This document shows positions 51,314 to 64,000 of a DNA stretch of 64,000 nucleotides, in pieces (the stretch's first letter is position 1; every line of letters starts with the position of its first letter). Source of the stretch: Lingula anatina (Eukaryota; Animalia; Brachiopoda). The position numbers and the translations under genes are program-made. The stretch lies in contig CM120640.1 in NCBI GenBank assembly GCA_051362555.1, forward strand, positions 25,778,225-25,842,224. Reading direction: 5' to 3'. The notes beneath the pieces are model-generated. The model saw only the letters and a list, made by a program, of their open reading frames with translations. It made no database searches and was not told where the DNA came from.

Positions 51314-53079
51314 TTTGCTTGAAAATCAACCATACATGCCTGTTAAAAGTGAGAAACTGTACTAGTACCTGTACATGTACAAAAGTTAATACTTATCAGT
51401 CAAAGGCTAGCTACTGGTGAAATATTTGAGTCTCTGTTAGTTCATTCATAGTCCTCTTGCTAGCACAAAGTTCATGCGTTAGCACAGCATACATATCAGA
51501 AACCGTAAACAGGATTGCTTTTCGTGCTAACTACTTGGAAAGCACTGCCAGTGCTTCTGAACAACTACAAATTGTACAAGTTCTAATTTGCAGGTTCTGG
51601 CTGTAAGTTTAAAAGTGTCATAACTTCAAAACTATAAAATACATACTTGACCTAGAGAAAAAACATTTTTTTTACATCTTAATTACATAATTTAACATTA
51701 AACGATGTGCGTCTACTTCTGTTTGACATCTCCGCCACTGGACACGGCCATCTTGTTTATCTTGGCGACCACCAATTTTACTCTCCTAAACAGTTAATTT
51801 CTTACATGTTATTGTTTCTCTTTCATCAGATACAATGGAAAAAACATACCAGTGGCTAATCTTCACGTTAAACGTCAAATTTCGGTTCACATTTTGTCTG
51901 TTAAGGTCTAATTACTTGTCCTACAATTAACTGTTGTCATGATCACTACGCAGATATGTACGCAACTTCCTTTACTTCATCCGGGTATTTCTAATATGGC
52001 TGCGCCCTATTACCCCTGTCCGATAACGTTAAATTTTTGAGTGTCTACGTTGAGTACAGTACTATCGTACTATCGTAAAATAGCCGTTTCGACCCTCTCC
52101 ATAGGATTACCCCAGACACTTTGCTGAGCATCAGTACTGACAGCAACCACTGTTCTCCACTTGAAAAAAAAAAAAACGTTTGCTCTTGGCTCGAAAATTA
52201 GCAGACGCACTGATCAATTTCAACGCATAGCTGGAATTTAAAGGAAGTATATTGAACATCATAGATTTGAAAGTAATTGGGAATGTATGACACGAATGTC
52301 AGGTGTTAACTTAGCACTGTTGACGGGGAAACTGGAGTGTGCGAGTTGAGGAGATGAGATGTAAGATATAATTCTGGGAGCTCCCGGTTGATGCGCAAAC
52401 TGGTCGGTATACTGTACATGTACTTTTTCGGTACCAGTACTTTCCGGGTTCCCCACTCAATAACTCTCTAATTTTTAATCTTAATCAAAATTAAGTCATG
52501 TGGTAACTTTGATCAATGTCTCTGCTATTTAAATAATTTTGTTTGGAATTTTTTAAAAACTTTTTTATCTTTGAGTAATAATTACAGCAATTAAATTGAT
52601 TTTTACCCCAGTGATGCCTCTTGGATACCTTAATGTTTCATGTTAAAAACATTATTAAATAAGTAAATGAATTAATTGCCATGCTTATTTTATTTGATTG
52701 TTTTTTATTTATTTATTTTCAGAATAGCAGAAATACTGCTCAGAATCATTGCACAAAATAATTTAGAGAAAGGTACAGAAAATCAAGTAGTTATATGTGG
52801 GGAGAGGGGGGGGACACTGCAAAAGTGCCTCTGGTCGTCATTTTACAATTATTAAGGCCTTTGCTTTCATGCCTTAACAAAGTGTACATACCCAAAATCA
52901 TCAGTAGGCGTGTTAATGCATGAACTTCCTGCTAGGGGATATATTAAAAGTGCCAGGATTTTTATAACCAGGCTGGTATTACTCCAGCCTGTTAGCCTTT
53001 CATGGGCTTCTTAATTTTTTTAGAGAATATGCAGCTGTGTTTAACTTATTTCTTTCAGTTTTGAGTGAAAAAAGTCCAG

Positions 53080-54440
53080 ATGAATCCTATTGGTTTTATC
53101 AGCTCCCCTTTCAAACAGAAGAATGGCACCCCCAGACAGCCATCCATTTGTGCCCAGTCCAAAGGCTCTCTGACAATCCTTAAGTCAGTATTTCCAAATC
53201 CAGAGCATGCATTAGATGGTTTGGAAGCATTTTCACACATATGGTAAGTGGTATGATAAACATCTTTTTTCTCTTCAAGAACTTTTTCTCTCAACATATT
53301 ATAGGAAAGATTTTGTAAAACGATGAAATTGAATTGATAATTATAGGTATATGCCATTGCACTGGATATTTGTCTTCCAGGGTTATGTTTTTGTTTCACA
53401 TGAATAATAACAAATACACAAAAGCCAAAGTTAGACCACCGAGACTGAATGGTGTGAAAGTTGGAGTTTTTTCAACGAGAAGTCCATATCGCCCAAACCC
53501 TATTGGGCTGACGTTGGCCAAAATTGAAAAGATAGAAGGTATGTTATTTAAAGGAATTGAAGAGTATCTATAAAATATACATTAAGTAATTATACATGTA
53601 CATAAAAAGTATAATTTTAGTTTTTTTAAAAGTGATAATGTGTAAAAGAATGCAAAGGAATTCAGACTTTTTTTTTCAGGTGCTACAATATATATCTCAG
53701 GGATAGATATGCTAGATGGAACTCCTGTGTTGGACATCAAACCATACATATATGACTATGATCTTCCTAGATCTTATGGGCAACACGAGCAGCAAGGGGC
53801 GTCTGATGTGAACAAGGAAATTAAACAATGCTTTCAACTTGATAGTGATGTTCACAGTAAAATTATTGGCATAAAAGATGAAATGTCATTTTTACAACCC
53901 ACAGAAATGTGTATGTCACGTGGTGGTGATAAAAACCAACAGGGAGAGTCACAATTGGATAACGTTTGTATCACAGATACCAGTTTAAGTGATGAAAATA
54001 CAGCTTTCCAAACTCAAATGAACGTCAAGGAAGAAAAACTGAGTAGTGATCTGCTGACCTCCGCTGAAGCTATAACACAAGCTGGGTGGATTTCAGCTCC
54101 ACCCATTTCAAAACTTGATGTGAGATTTAGCCCCACTGCCACGAAGGAACTTGAAATGTTTTCTAAAAGCTCATCTAACCCCCATTATGTATTTTCTCAC
54201 TTTGATTCTGTACAAGATGCAAAAAATGCCATAGCAAAAATTTTACAAGCAGATCCAAGGTCACCATACCGAAGGACGAAGTGTACTGACAAACTGTATT
54301 ATTTTGCCATTGATTCATTTCATGTGACGGCTTGGTTTGATGACGATGTTAATGTGGCTGAAGTTTTGAAAGTTAAACCTGTTAGCCTTTCTAAGCTGAC
54401 TTATCTGACAGAACTTGAATCAGAGGAGACAAATAAATAA
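53080..54440 (+). CDS. TRMO: tRNA (adenine(37)-N6)-methyltransferase. Exons 53080-53243, 53381-53538, 53680-54440; upstream exons (e.g. 52723-52772) appear non-coding
   Basis: KNGTPRQP, LEAFSHIW, PPRLNG.KVGVFSTRSPYRPNPIGLTL, DMLDGTPVLDIKPY and LQADPRS (TsaA family). Confidence 0.92.
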
Positions 54441-54724
54441 AAAAAGTTGATGCTGTAGCACTCACATTTTCTGTCAACTTATGCAAACGCGCACCCTGAG
54501 CTTCAGAGACTTAAAACGGCAAGGGTATCACATAGTGTAGAGGTACGTTTCAAGTTATCTCTGAAGCTCGGGTGCATTTCACGGAGCTATCGTTATTGTC
54601 CCACCACTGGCTAATAAGTGAGGTGGTCAGACCTTGGACTAATCATACGCATGCTTAAGAAATGAAATAAAAGGCTGCTTAGTTACTGTGTTTTGTCTTC
54701 ATGAAATATATTGACTGCTAACCG

Positions 54725-54946
54725 GTGTCATCGGATGGCGACACACCGCGAAAGTTTCACCTTGGAGAGTATTTTTTAAAGTCCACCACCGACAGTGACA
54801 TTTTTGTTAAGTTTCGCCTTACTAGAAAAGCGGTAGAAAGGACTGTGGAATTTTATGACGACTTAACACCAGAAACAAGAAGGTCGCACGTCCTTTTCCC
54901 ACAGGGACAAGATTTCTGTGCTCTACAATATTTTGCCTTACCGTAG
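54725..54946 (+). mobile_element. Degenerate Harbinger/PIF (HARBI1-like) transposase N-terminal fragment
   Basis: DSDIFVKFRLTRK...LTPETRRSHVL..Q...ALQYFA resembles the Harbinger HTH region; truncated, no DDE domain seen. Confidence 0.55.
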
Positions 54947-55481
54947 GTTGTAAAAGCACTGCCGCAAAAGCCACCCATAGAATGGTGAATTTGATAAAAA
55001 GATTTCAATTCTAAGATATTGCTATCAAATTCCCAAAAGATCGAAATAAATCGAAAGCGATGAAACGCCCCACCCTGCTCAGTAAAACTGTGTGTGCTTA
55101 GAATGATGAGTTTCTGTAAAAAAAAATTATGCCTTGCTATTATAATTTTTCAATCCATATAATATTACATTAATAAAATAGTTGAAATGGATATGATCAC
55201 TTTTCTTGCTTTTATTACATGCATAAGATATTGCAACACTATTCAAAGTCAGTTAATGACTAGAAAGGTATATAGGATCTTTTCACACCATGCACCAGTG
55301 GAAACTGACCACATCCCTTTATGTATTGTACCTCACAAATCTAAAACTGAAAATGCCTTAATGTGTTGAGCCCAACTTTGTCTTTTACGATCGTTTGCGT
55401 GGAACAATTTGACTAGCGATAAAACCGCAAAAGTTTCAATGATTCGATTTCAATGAACACGACGGTACATTTCACCCAAGT

Positions 55482-56492
55482 TCAACGAGCAGTTGGATAA
55501 GAAACTGGAGTACATGCAGTTGCAGTTCTCTTTTGAGGCGTATACAGCCTGTTGACTATTTCTGACACATTTGCACTTCTTCTTAGACCGCTTATGAGGG
55601 GTAATGGTTCCTCTTTCGTTTTACGTTTCTTTCTTGGTCTAAAATCAAATGATTTCGGTTCGGGCTCTGCTGCAATAACCTTATGTTCTAGTACAAAGGG
55701 AGTGCTTTTCTTACACTTTGGGATCCCACCTTCGCTTGCGTGGGTAGGTGTGCGGATACGTTCAACTATCTCTTCCAGTTCACTTTCGAAGTAAACTTTA
55801 TCGTCTGAATAATTTCTTTCAAAAACGGACTTGTCAGTTTTGTCGTCATCGCAAAACTGACAGGATCCTACTTGCTTTCCTCTGTAAGCTGTCGTGGGGC
55901 GCTGGAAGAGCAGTGTACCTGCACTTCCACTGGGCACAGGGGCTGACTTTGGGCGTGGTTTGGTTATTGCATACTTTGCCACTGGGTCCATGTTAGTCAC
56001 GTCACAGTAATAACCCACACCCGAAGCAGCGAGAGCACTGCTCAAAGTCGGGGTTGAGTACAGGCGATTAACTATCCGGTCTATGTTCTTTTTTGACATT
56101 TTCCTGTTGGTAAAAGATGATGCGCTTGGGGGAGAGTGCAACGAGTTTTGCGTCATTTGGTCGCTGTGAAGGTTGGAATCGTCATCTTCCTGGTCCGAGT
56201 CGTAATGTTGTAATTGGTATCCTTGCCAGTAGTCGCCTCCACTGTGAGACCCTGCATGCCGGTGTTTCACTTTCCTCTGCCGATCGCAAGTTACTGGCGA
56301 TGGAGATGAGTGTGAGGGCCTACCCTGTGTTGCTTTGCACTGTGCCATTTCATTCAGTCCTAATCTGGAGTTAAAGGTGTGCTTTTGCATCCTACTTGTT
56401 ATCATCTTGATGTCGTCCCAGTGAAGTTTTTGAAAGCCATACATTTTAGACGGCGGAGTGTCTTTTTGAATGTGGATGTACATAGAACTCAT
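55482..56492 (-). CDS. Uncharacterised 336-aa basic, low-complexity protein with three IV.R(L/I)..P repeats; single coding exon
   Basis: Long ORF; acceptor at 56539 and upstream donor near 57223 indicate a 5'UTR intron. Confidence 0.75.
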   Translation of the reverse strand: MSSMYIHIQKDTPPSKMYGFQKLHWDDIKMITSRMQKHTFNSRLGLNEMAQCKATQGRPSHSSPSPVTCDRQRKVKHRHAGSHSGGDYWQGYQLQHYDSDQEDDDSNLHSDQMTQNSLHSPPSASSFTNRKMSKKNIDRIVNRLYSTPTLSSALAASGVGYYCDVTNMDPVAKYAITKPRPKSAPVPSGSAGTLLFQRPTTAYRGKQVGSCQFCDDDKTDKSVFERNYSDDKVYFESELEEIVERIRTPTHASEGGIPKCKKSTPFVLEHKVIAAEPEPKSFDFRPRKKRKTKEEPLPLISGLRRSANVSEIVNRLYTPQKRTATACTPVSYPTAR

Positions 56493-58627
56493 GTTGGAGG
56501 AATTCGCTTTGATAACCCCTGTTTTGGTAAATATTCACCTGAAATGAAATGAGAGAAAACTTGTAATAACATACTAGACATTAGTTCTTAAAACCTAGTT
56601 ATATCAACTATGGGATTCAAGCGCTCTGAATAGTGACAATATTGATTAAAAACTAATTTAAAAACCGAAATATCGCAAGGAGAGAATAATGAGGGTTCTT
56701 TTCTGAAGGACATTTACACGGTTTTCATATTTTAACGCTATATCATGTATACGTATCATTTAGCAGTTTAGATTATTGATATCAGTTAAATCAACAATAA
56801 ATAGTAACCGGCTGGAGATGTTTTCTAACATTTAATCCGTCAAGCAAATATTATGACATTGTGTTGTTAACTATAAATAACCATAGAACGTTACGGTTCG
56901 AAATATATTTAAAATATGGATAGTGTGAAACACATGATCATTTGCGTTGACTGAGATTCTACTCTCTATCTCTTTTTATAGTGCGTTAAAACCTTCCTGA
57001 AGAGCGAGACACCCATAATGATTCAGAATCTAATAACATTGTATAGTCTCCGCCTTGTTAGTTACTAAATTAAAAAAATACTTGTGTGGTGATAGAGAGA
57101 GATTCAGGCGAGGGTTGAGACTAACCTATCCTATCACATACACCTTTATCTAAATTTACCAATACCCTGTACTCAAATAAAGATAGAATGGAATACGTGC
57201 CTCCGTTATCTTTGGACACTTACCACTTCCTCACTATTCGGCCACTGTCGTTCTCGATTATGATTTCAACCTTGTTTTGAATACCAATCTTTGTTCATTT
57301 ATTTTTTTCAGGGAACCCGTTTCTGGTCCTCAGTTTGTCCTGATTTGCGAGTATTGACATTGATCCCTTGCTTATTTCGATCTACACGTTGCAACCATTG
57401 TAACACACACTGTGAGACGTATTTATTTCCTCTCGCATTAAAAATCTACTGAATAAAATAATTATAATAATAAAAAACGGGTAGAATTTTTCTACGCTGT
57501 GGTTAAAGCCACATAATACTTTACATCGTATTGATCTTACCTTACAAGACAGCGACTAGAGTAGGACCTATGACTGAAATACGCTGGAAATGTCACACTC
57601 CTTTATACAACTGTGCATCTGTGTTATCACCTAGCAGTTTTATTAAAATAGGCCGAACAAATCCAGAACGGAATGTCGTTTCCATAATCAATACGTGCTA
57701 CAGACACTGGTTCCGAACACAAACGAGCACCTGTATTCTTCCTGTCGTGAATTCAGGTAGACTATGTAAACGTTGTTATGGTGATGATCGGGATCAATCT
57801 CTTTCAAGTAGCTGGGGTCGGCTTAGCATCGTATTCAGTGCTATGTCAATAAACTTCGTCGTTTTATTTGATGGTCGTACCTGTGGGACTATCGCTATTT
57901 GCAGAAAAACTTGCTTGGTACTTGGTATTCAAACATCGGTAAATCTCCTAGGCAAGAATCGATAACGTGACATCTTTACCCTTAATTTCCTCTCTTCTTT
58001 CCCTTGTAACACTGTTGTAACACTGCCAGCAACGGATCACTGGCTGTTTTTCCACGCGGTCACTTCATTTGTACATGTTGCTGGGACAAGCACAATAGTG
58101 GTAATTATTCTATACCTTTTCTTCTTTTCCCTTTGTTGTCCTATCCCGATCTTTATTTATGATCTTTACTGCATTATTTTCATAACATTATCCCTCCTGT
58201 TGTTCCTTCAACTGTAAAATGCTTGCATAACCAAGTACCATGCACGCAGGTTAATTTTCCCAAATAAATGCAATGCCCCATAAATACTGTTGGTCATGAA
58301 TGGGTTTGTTTGCTTTTGAAGCAGAGCTCGTTAGTCAAATACGGTATTTCACTCATGGTTAATATTCCTTATACAAAGAAAATTGGTAAAACTGGCGGTT
58401 AAAAACGTGAAAACGTGACAACTAAACGATTATGGTATGTAGACCTACCGTGAAAACAAATACACGCTCACATATATATATAGTATTACTTTCTTTTACG
58501 TTTGATGTTGAATGAGGCGGCATGTTTTAATAATTTAAATTCAAACAAATATACAGGCCTACATGCACCTTAATTCTTGCTCATAAATTAATACGCCCAT
58601 TGTCGTGATCGACGCATGTAAAAGCTA

Positions 58628-58628
58628 C

Positions 58629-58684
<56 letters not shown>
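58628..58684. repeat. (AAT)n microsatellite
   Basis: Perfect trinucleotide run grading into AAC. Confidence 0.95.
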
Positions 58685-58687
<3 letters not shown>

Positions 58688-59423
58688 CAACAATAGCATT
58701 ATATAATAATCATTAATCCCCCCGTAGGTTTCACGATATTAAATGGATGTTTTTAATTAATTTTTTGGCCTTTTTATTCCTCTGGTTTGTAATAAATTTA
58801 ATAAGTAAATAAATAAATAATAGTGAGTAAAGACAGATGCTGTTCTTGCTAACTGAAGGATTTCATTCTAAATCGTGATCTGAAAAAGGGAATTATATCG
58901 TAGATGATATAATTCTCTGTCTGAACTAAGGAGCTGTCTGAACCAAAGAGTAAGAAAAAGCATTAGGTCGCCTTTTGCTTTTTGTCAAATTTAATTTCTT
59001 TCATTGGAACATCGAGATCATGTAAGTCTGGCAGTAGAATTTTGTCTGCCTATTATGATGATGATCATATTGAGACTATGAAAGTTCAGGATGGGTTATT
59101 ACTGGATCTCATTGAAATACCACGACCTTCATACTCTCTATGATGTCTATAGCACAAGTCAATACATTTTTGTCTTATCTCTAACAAAAACACAAATGGT
59201 TATACCACCAAATGCTTAAATAAATAAATAACGCTTTATTTCACAAAATGTTGACTATTTTACCTTAATTTTTGTTGGAAAAAATTTGGCAGTTTCATTA
59301 ATTTATGTAACATAACGTAGTCGAGGCTATTTCTCTTCGATGTAAACAAAGTAGTCACCGCAACACGTGCTCGAGTTGAAGCCAGATTAAACTCAAAAAG
59401 TTAGCTGCATAGTTGGATTGAAA

Positions 59424-62071
59424 ATGCCAGAAGGTCCAGAGCTGCATCTTGCTAGCCATTTTGTCAATGAAGTTTGCAAAGGTCGAGTTTTCGCTGGAAC
59501 GATCGTCAAATCGGAAGTTAGCACGAAAAACCCTGACATTCCATGGCCGGCGGAAGCTTATACAATCAGTGCAACTTCTCGTGGGAAGGAAGTTCGCTTG
59601 ACTCTCACCTCAACGGATACGCAAAAAACGAAGAGCAAAAAACCAAAACCAAATGAATCCATTAACATTTTGTTTAGATTTGGAATGTCAGGAAAATTTC
59701 AGTTCACTGCAGTCAATGAAATGCACAAGCATGCTCACCTTAATTTCTACACCAGGGATGAGCCGAAGCAGGTGTTGAGTTTTGTCGACTACAGACGCTT
59801 TGGACGCTGGGAAGTCACGGATAGTTGGGGTGCTGACAGGGGGCCGTGCGTTATGTTTGAATATGACAAATTCAGGTGGGTTAAATATTTACAAATGCAG
59901 TTATTTAGGTGGTTGCACGCAGACTCAGTATTATAGCCAGTACTTAAAATTTTCATATGTTAAATTTTTAACAGTGTGTTTTAAAAATGAATGCAATTTG
60001 AATATACTATGTTTAATGTCTCATTTTCTTTGTAGGGACAATGTGTTGAATAATTTGAAAAATGCTGCATTTAACAAGCCAATATGTGAAGCACTGCTGA
60101 ACCAAAAGTTTTTCAATGGTATTGGAAACTATCTGAGAGCAGAAATTTTATACAGGTACCAGCATGAAATTTATGGCTTAGCACTGATATAATATATATA
60201 TATATATATATATATACAGTACAGTGTCTGATATGGACTGTACACCTACATCTCTATATACATGCCTTGCATCTTGCATAACCATGGAAGTATAATTATG
60301 TACTATATACCATGACCAAGGCTTTTCCCAGAGAGCCATCCAACCATTAGCCTCAAAAGATGGCCTGTATTTATTGGTTGGTTGAGCTTGCTTGGGTTGG
60401 ACTCCCTCTAAATGACCAAATTAAAGATTCACATTCTGGACTCCCTGTACCGCAAATCCCGGGAAATCTCCTGACCATGACTTTGGCATGTACTTGTAGT
60501 TCTTATAAATCACGTCATGTGTGCTACAGTCACATGTTAGTGACAGAGCTATATACATGTATACATCAGCTAACCACCCACATTACATAAACACAACATT
60601 TATAATAAAAGTGAGTATAGCAAGTAAAAACAAGGGTGTACTTTTCAAGTTCTTTATCTCTTGTGTACCCATTTTAGGCTGGGAATCCCTCCATTTGAAG
60701 GTGCTCGCTCTGTCTTGGAGCCACTGACCCATGACAGCAAAGTGAAAAAGGAGATACCAGATATTCTTGAACTTTGCAATATTCTACCTCATGAAGTTAT
60801 AAATCTAGGTATGAAGTATGGCATTTATAAATGTACTAAGAATATTGTTGTATTGATACATTTGTTTATAATAAGTATTTCTTGTCCTATAGCATTTTGA
60901 AAATTTGAGAGATATCAAGGGAATTACGATATATGCTTTAAATTTTAATATTGACTCGTCCTTAAAGTAGCTTGATTGTAATGAGACGGCAAATATCAAT
61001 AACCTTATTAAACTATCAGTTTATTTTAAGGTGGAAAAGGCTATGATCCTGAGGGAAGATCTGACGATTATGATGCATTTGCCAATTGGCTGCGTTGCTA
61101 CTACAACACCAGCATGAATAACATGGTTGATCATAATGGTAGAACTATATGGTTCAGTGGACCAGCTGGCCCAATGACCCCTAAAGGTAAAGCACTGATG
61201 AGACTTTTCAGACTTTTGTCAGAATTCCAACTTTTTCAGGGTCATTTGCGTGATGTAGAAATTAAAATAAAGAAACTTGAGAGATTAAATTTTAGATAGT
61301 CTCAAGGTATCACTTGTATTAAAAGGTAGTTGTTTTAGATTGAGGCAGAAATTTGTGTAACAGGGAACAGATTTAGGGCTCATTCTTAATGGAACTATGT
61401 AGATCAATCCAACTCTCTGAGGAATTTGCTTAATGCTATTTTTTCTTTTCTGTCAGAGGAAAAATCAAGAGGTGTAATAAAAAGGGCAAAAGGCAAAAAG
61501 TATGAAATTAAAAAGGAAGAAGAAAATTTGGAAGTGGTGGACACGAAAGCTAAGGTGAATTGAAATGTTAAATGTTGAAAAATATAAAAAGTGAGGTGTG
61601 TGAAATATGGCAATAACTGTAAGATGAGTGTGGTGTCATGTAAATGCTGTTAATTTTATTGGGGAAAAACAGCATAAAGAAGTCTGTGCTTCCTTTTCTC
61701 AGGTCAAAAAGCCATCTAGAGGGAGAAATAAAAAGTCGCCTCCAGTAGCCACAGACAAGCCAAGAGGTAGAAAGAAATTAAAGAGTGTGGGACCAAACAA
61801 CGATTCAATTAAACAAGAAAATAGAGGAAGTTCCAACAGAGTTACAAGAAGTTCTGTGAAAAAGACAGTTGGGACTAACACTGATTTGAAACAAGAACAA
61901 CAACCACACACATCTTTAAGAACTAAGAAGAGGAGTTCAAACACTACACAATCTACTGCCATCTCAAATGGGATAAGCAGTTTAAAGCGTGCAAAAACCT
62001 CGTCTGTGGAAACAGCAGAAATGCCAACTACAGCACCCAAACCCAAAAGGAGATCTGCCAAGGGTCACTAA
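59424..62071 (+). CDS. NEIL1: Endonuclease VIII-like 1 DNA glycosylase. Exons 59424-59875, 60036-60155, 60678-60808, 61031-61186, 61457-61554, 61703-62071
   Basis: Catalytic N-terminus MPEGPELHLAS, RGKE, FGMSG, FVDYRRFGRW, FFNGIGNYLRAEILYR, WLRCY and DHNGRTIWF; basic disordered tail. Confidence 0.97.
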
Positions 62072-62764
62072 ACACTCGCTCCGAGTGTCAGTTATTTTCA
62101 TAACAAGAGGGTGTATTACATGTCAGTACAAGACCCCAATCTTTGCATTTTGGTAATTGTCAGCATGTTTTTTATTGAGATTATGTACTTGAGTCACTTT
62201 AACTCTTAATGTTTGACTTAGTAACATCAGTAGAGGTTTATCAAACACGCTTGAAAAGAGTGAAGATGTGGAGAAGAACAACCTTAGAAAAGTATTTTAA
62301 ATCTGAATTCAAACAATGATTAACTACCCAGTGTCTTGTTGGGATACATTGAAGTGCATGAATCTCCCTGTAGTAATACACTGTACCTTTACAGAAAAGA
62401 AAAACATTACAACCAAGTACTGGCAATGCAATTAATAAACCAGAGGAAAATGTAGTTTAGGTACAAACTTTTGTAGAGGGTAGTATGTGATAATGAAATA
62501 TGCATGCTTCAAACATAATTGTCATTAGTTACCGTTTTACAATTTTTATATTTTTGAAAATATTAAAATAAACAACTCAGATTTTTAAGAATGAAGAATT
62601 TTGGTATTATTTTTTCCTTAACTGGTTGACAACAAACATTTAACAAAATTGAGTAACTTGATGTTAAAAGTATTTGCTATAAACTTAATAAGCCACAATA
62701 TGAAGTACTGGGCCTCCTTGTTTTTTTTCCGCCAATGACTTTTAGCTGATAAAACCAAACAAAC

Positions 62765-62795
<31 letters not shown>

Positions 62796-62838
62796 AATTA
62801 TCACAGCAGCCCGATAAAGTTTGCAGTATGTATGGCAT

Positions 62839-63387
62839 TTATTGCAGGTTTGTGGAAGGTAAAGGAAGACTGCTGCTTTGCTCTAACTTTGGTATTTGCG
62901 TTACGGGTGTACCTAGCATTTTCAGATTTGTGTACTTTATTTTCCAATTATTCTCACAGTGTGGATCTTTGACTAAGCCAAATGATTGTTCAAATATTCC
63001 CAAACATGTTTGCTGCCTGTGAATTGTACCACAGACCATCACAACCACCAAACCATGTGGCTCAGACAACCCCCTCAGACCCTCAGGACTAGTGTTAGGG
63101 TTGAAAGTCAATAATTCCTCCTGAACAAATGCTAGCAATCTCTGGCAGACCAATTGAGCCCCACCGAATTCCTCAAACCTGCTGTCTGTCGTGTCACATA
63201 CAAGTTTAAGTCTGCAGTCTTCAAAGAAGTGCACATGACTAAATTGATCCTCAGCTTGGCTTGGACAAGTTGGGTTATGAGAATTTAGCATGTTGTAAAA
63301 CCATGTGACAAAGTGTTCTGCCAATTTTTGACCCTCACTAGTGGGTTTTCTTTGTTCTGGAGCAGCTACACGTACATCAGTTTTGGA
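62839..63387 (-). CDS. Last exon of a C3orf38-like (NTF2-like fold) protein; gene continues beyond the window
   Basis: F..WFY.MLNS, FNPN...G.....PHGLV.V.VCGTIH....CLGIFEQ.FGL..DP...NNWKIK; acceptor at 63388-63390. Confidence 0.8.
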   Translation of the reverse strand, partial: SKTDVRVAAPEQRKPTSEGQKLAEHFVTWFYNMLNSHNPTCPSQAEDQFSHVHFFEDCRLKLVCDTTDSRFEEFGGAQLVCQRLLAFVQEELLTFNPNTSPEGLRGLSEPHGLVVVMVCGTIHRQQTCLGIFEQSFGLVKDPHCENNWKIKYTNLKMLGTPVTQIPKLEQSSSLPLPSTNLQ

Positions 63388-63626
63388 CTGAAAAAAAAAA
63401 AAAAAAGACGAGTTAAAACAAAGGTATCTTTTATATACACCGCAACAAAACTGGTCCTCTTCTTATATGAGAACATTTATCACTTAAGAATACCACACTA
63501 AATTAATTGATAATTTGATATATATTAATGTATTAATTTTGAGTTGATACACATATGCAAAATCATTTATCTGTATCATTTCCTTGGAAAATCATGGAAG
63601 TGAACCAGTTACTATCTAAAAACTAA

Positions 63627-63851
63627 GACCCCATTTCCATAGATTTTAGATCGATCTATCCCTGTGGGGAGTCTCACTAGATTACTGTCAGCTTAGCCGG
63701 CTTAAGCGTCTGTCCCGCCTACTGAAAGCTGTAAGGGGGTAATTAACTATGGTGCGCGCTCGGCTGACTGCAATTTAGCGTGAACCCCCAGGGAGTTAGG
63801 TCGATCTAAATCTTAATCTCTGGATCTATCTAAATCTCTGGGAATACACCT
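63627..63851 (+). mobile_element. Tourist/PIF-Harbinger-like MITE, copy 3 (longest, 225 bp)
   Basis: TAA on both flanks, imperfect TIRs, near-identical to copy 1. Confidence 0.85.
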
Positions 63852-64000
63852 TAAGGTGTTGGCATGGCAGTGTGAGCCTTTGAAAATCAAAAAAAACTTT
63901 TTAACCTTTCGCATATGCAATCGTCCGTGTGCTCTTAATTTCAAAATTCAATTTCTCAGAAATCATTTAACTTCATTAATACAACAAAAGAAATTGCCTC

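Noticed and set aside
53059-53067. In-frame TGA upstream of the TRMO domain as selenocysteine or a pseudogene lesion
   Set aside because: The upstream exon is also closed in that frame; ATG 53080 gives a complete TsaA-like domain
57531-57965. 144-aa plus-strand ORF
   Set aside because: Non-ATG start, no recognisable motifs, and lies in the upstream region of the minus-strand gene
1-64000. CRISPR arrays, operons, rRNA or tRNA genes
   Set aside because: The sequence is spliceosomal-intron-rich eukaryotic DNA; no repeat-spacer array or recognisable structural RNA gene was seen

Overview
AT-rich, intron-rich eukaryotic DNA from an invertebrate animal (plausibly a lophotrochozoan; this is inference). 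Exon models were built by hand from splice signals and reading frame. Genes in order: a calcineurin-like metallophosphoesterase (+), a vesicular monoamine transporter VMAT/SLC18A (+), FAM227B-like (+), GALK2 (-), MRPS30/mL65 (+), CCDC87-like (-), TRMO (+), an uncharacterised motif-repeat protein (-), NEIL1 (+) and the last exon of a C3orf38-like gene (-). Mobile DNA: a 5'-truncated RTE LINE, three TAA-flanked Tourist-like MITEs, two other inverted-repeat elements, and BEL/Pao and Harbinger fossils. The highlight is the VMAT locus. It has three alternative 64-nt versions of one exon, two of them an adjacent mutually exclusive pair. It also has a complete, intact duplicate of the last five coding exons with its own stop and polyA signal. 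One gene could therefore make at least three transporters, differing at the TM11 Phe/Tyr position that separates vertebrate VMAT1 from VMAT2 and in their C-terminal sorting signals. Also notable: two U12 introns in FAM227B (one AT-AC), FAM227B-GALK2 microsynteny with human, and candidate microexons in CCDC87.
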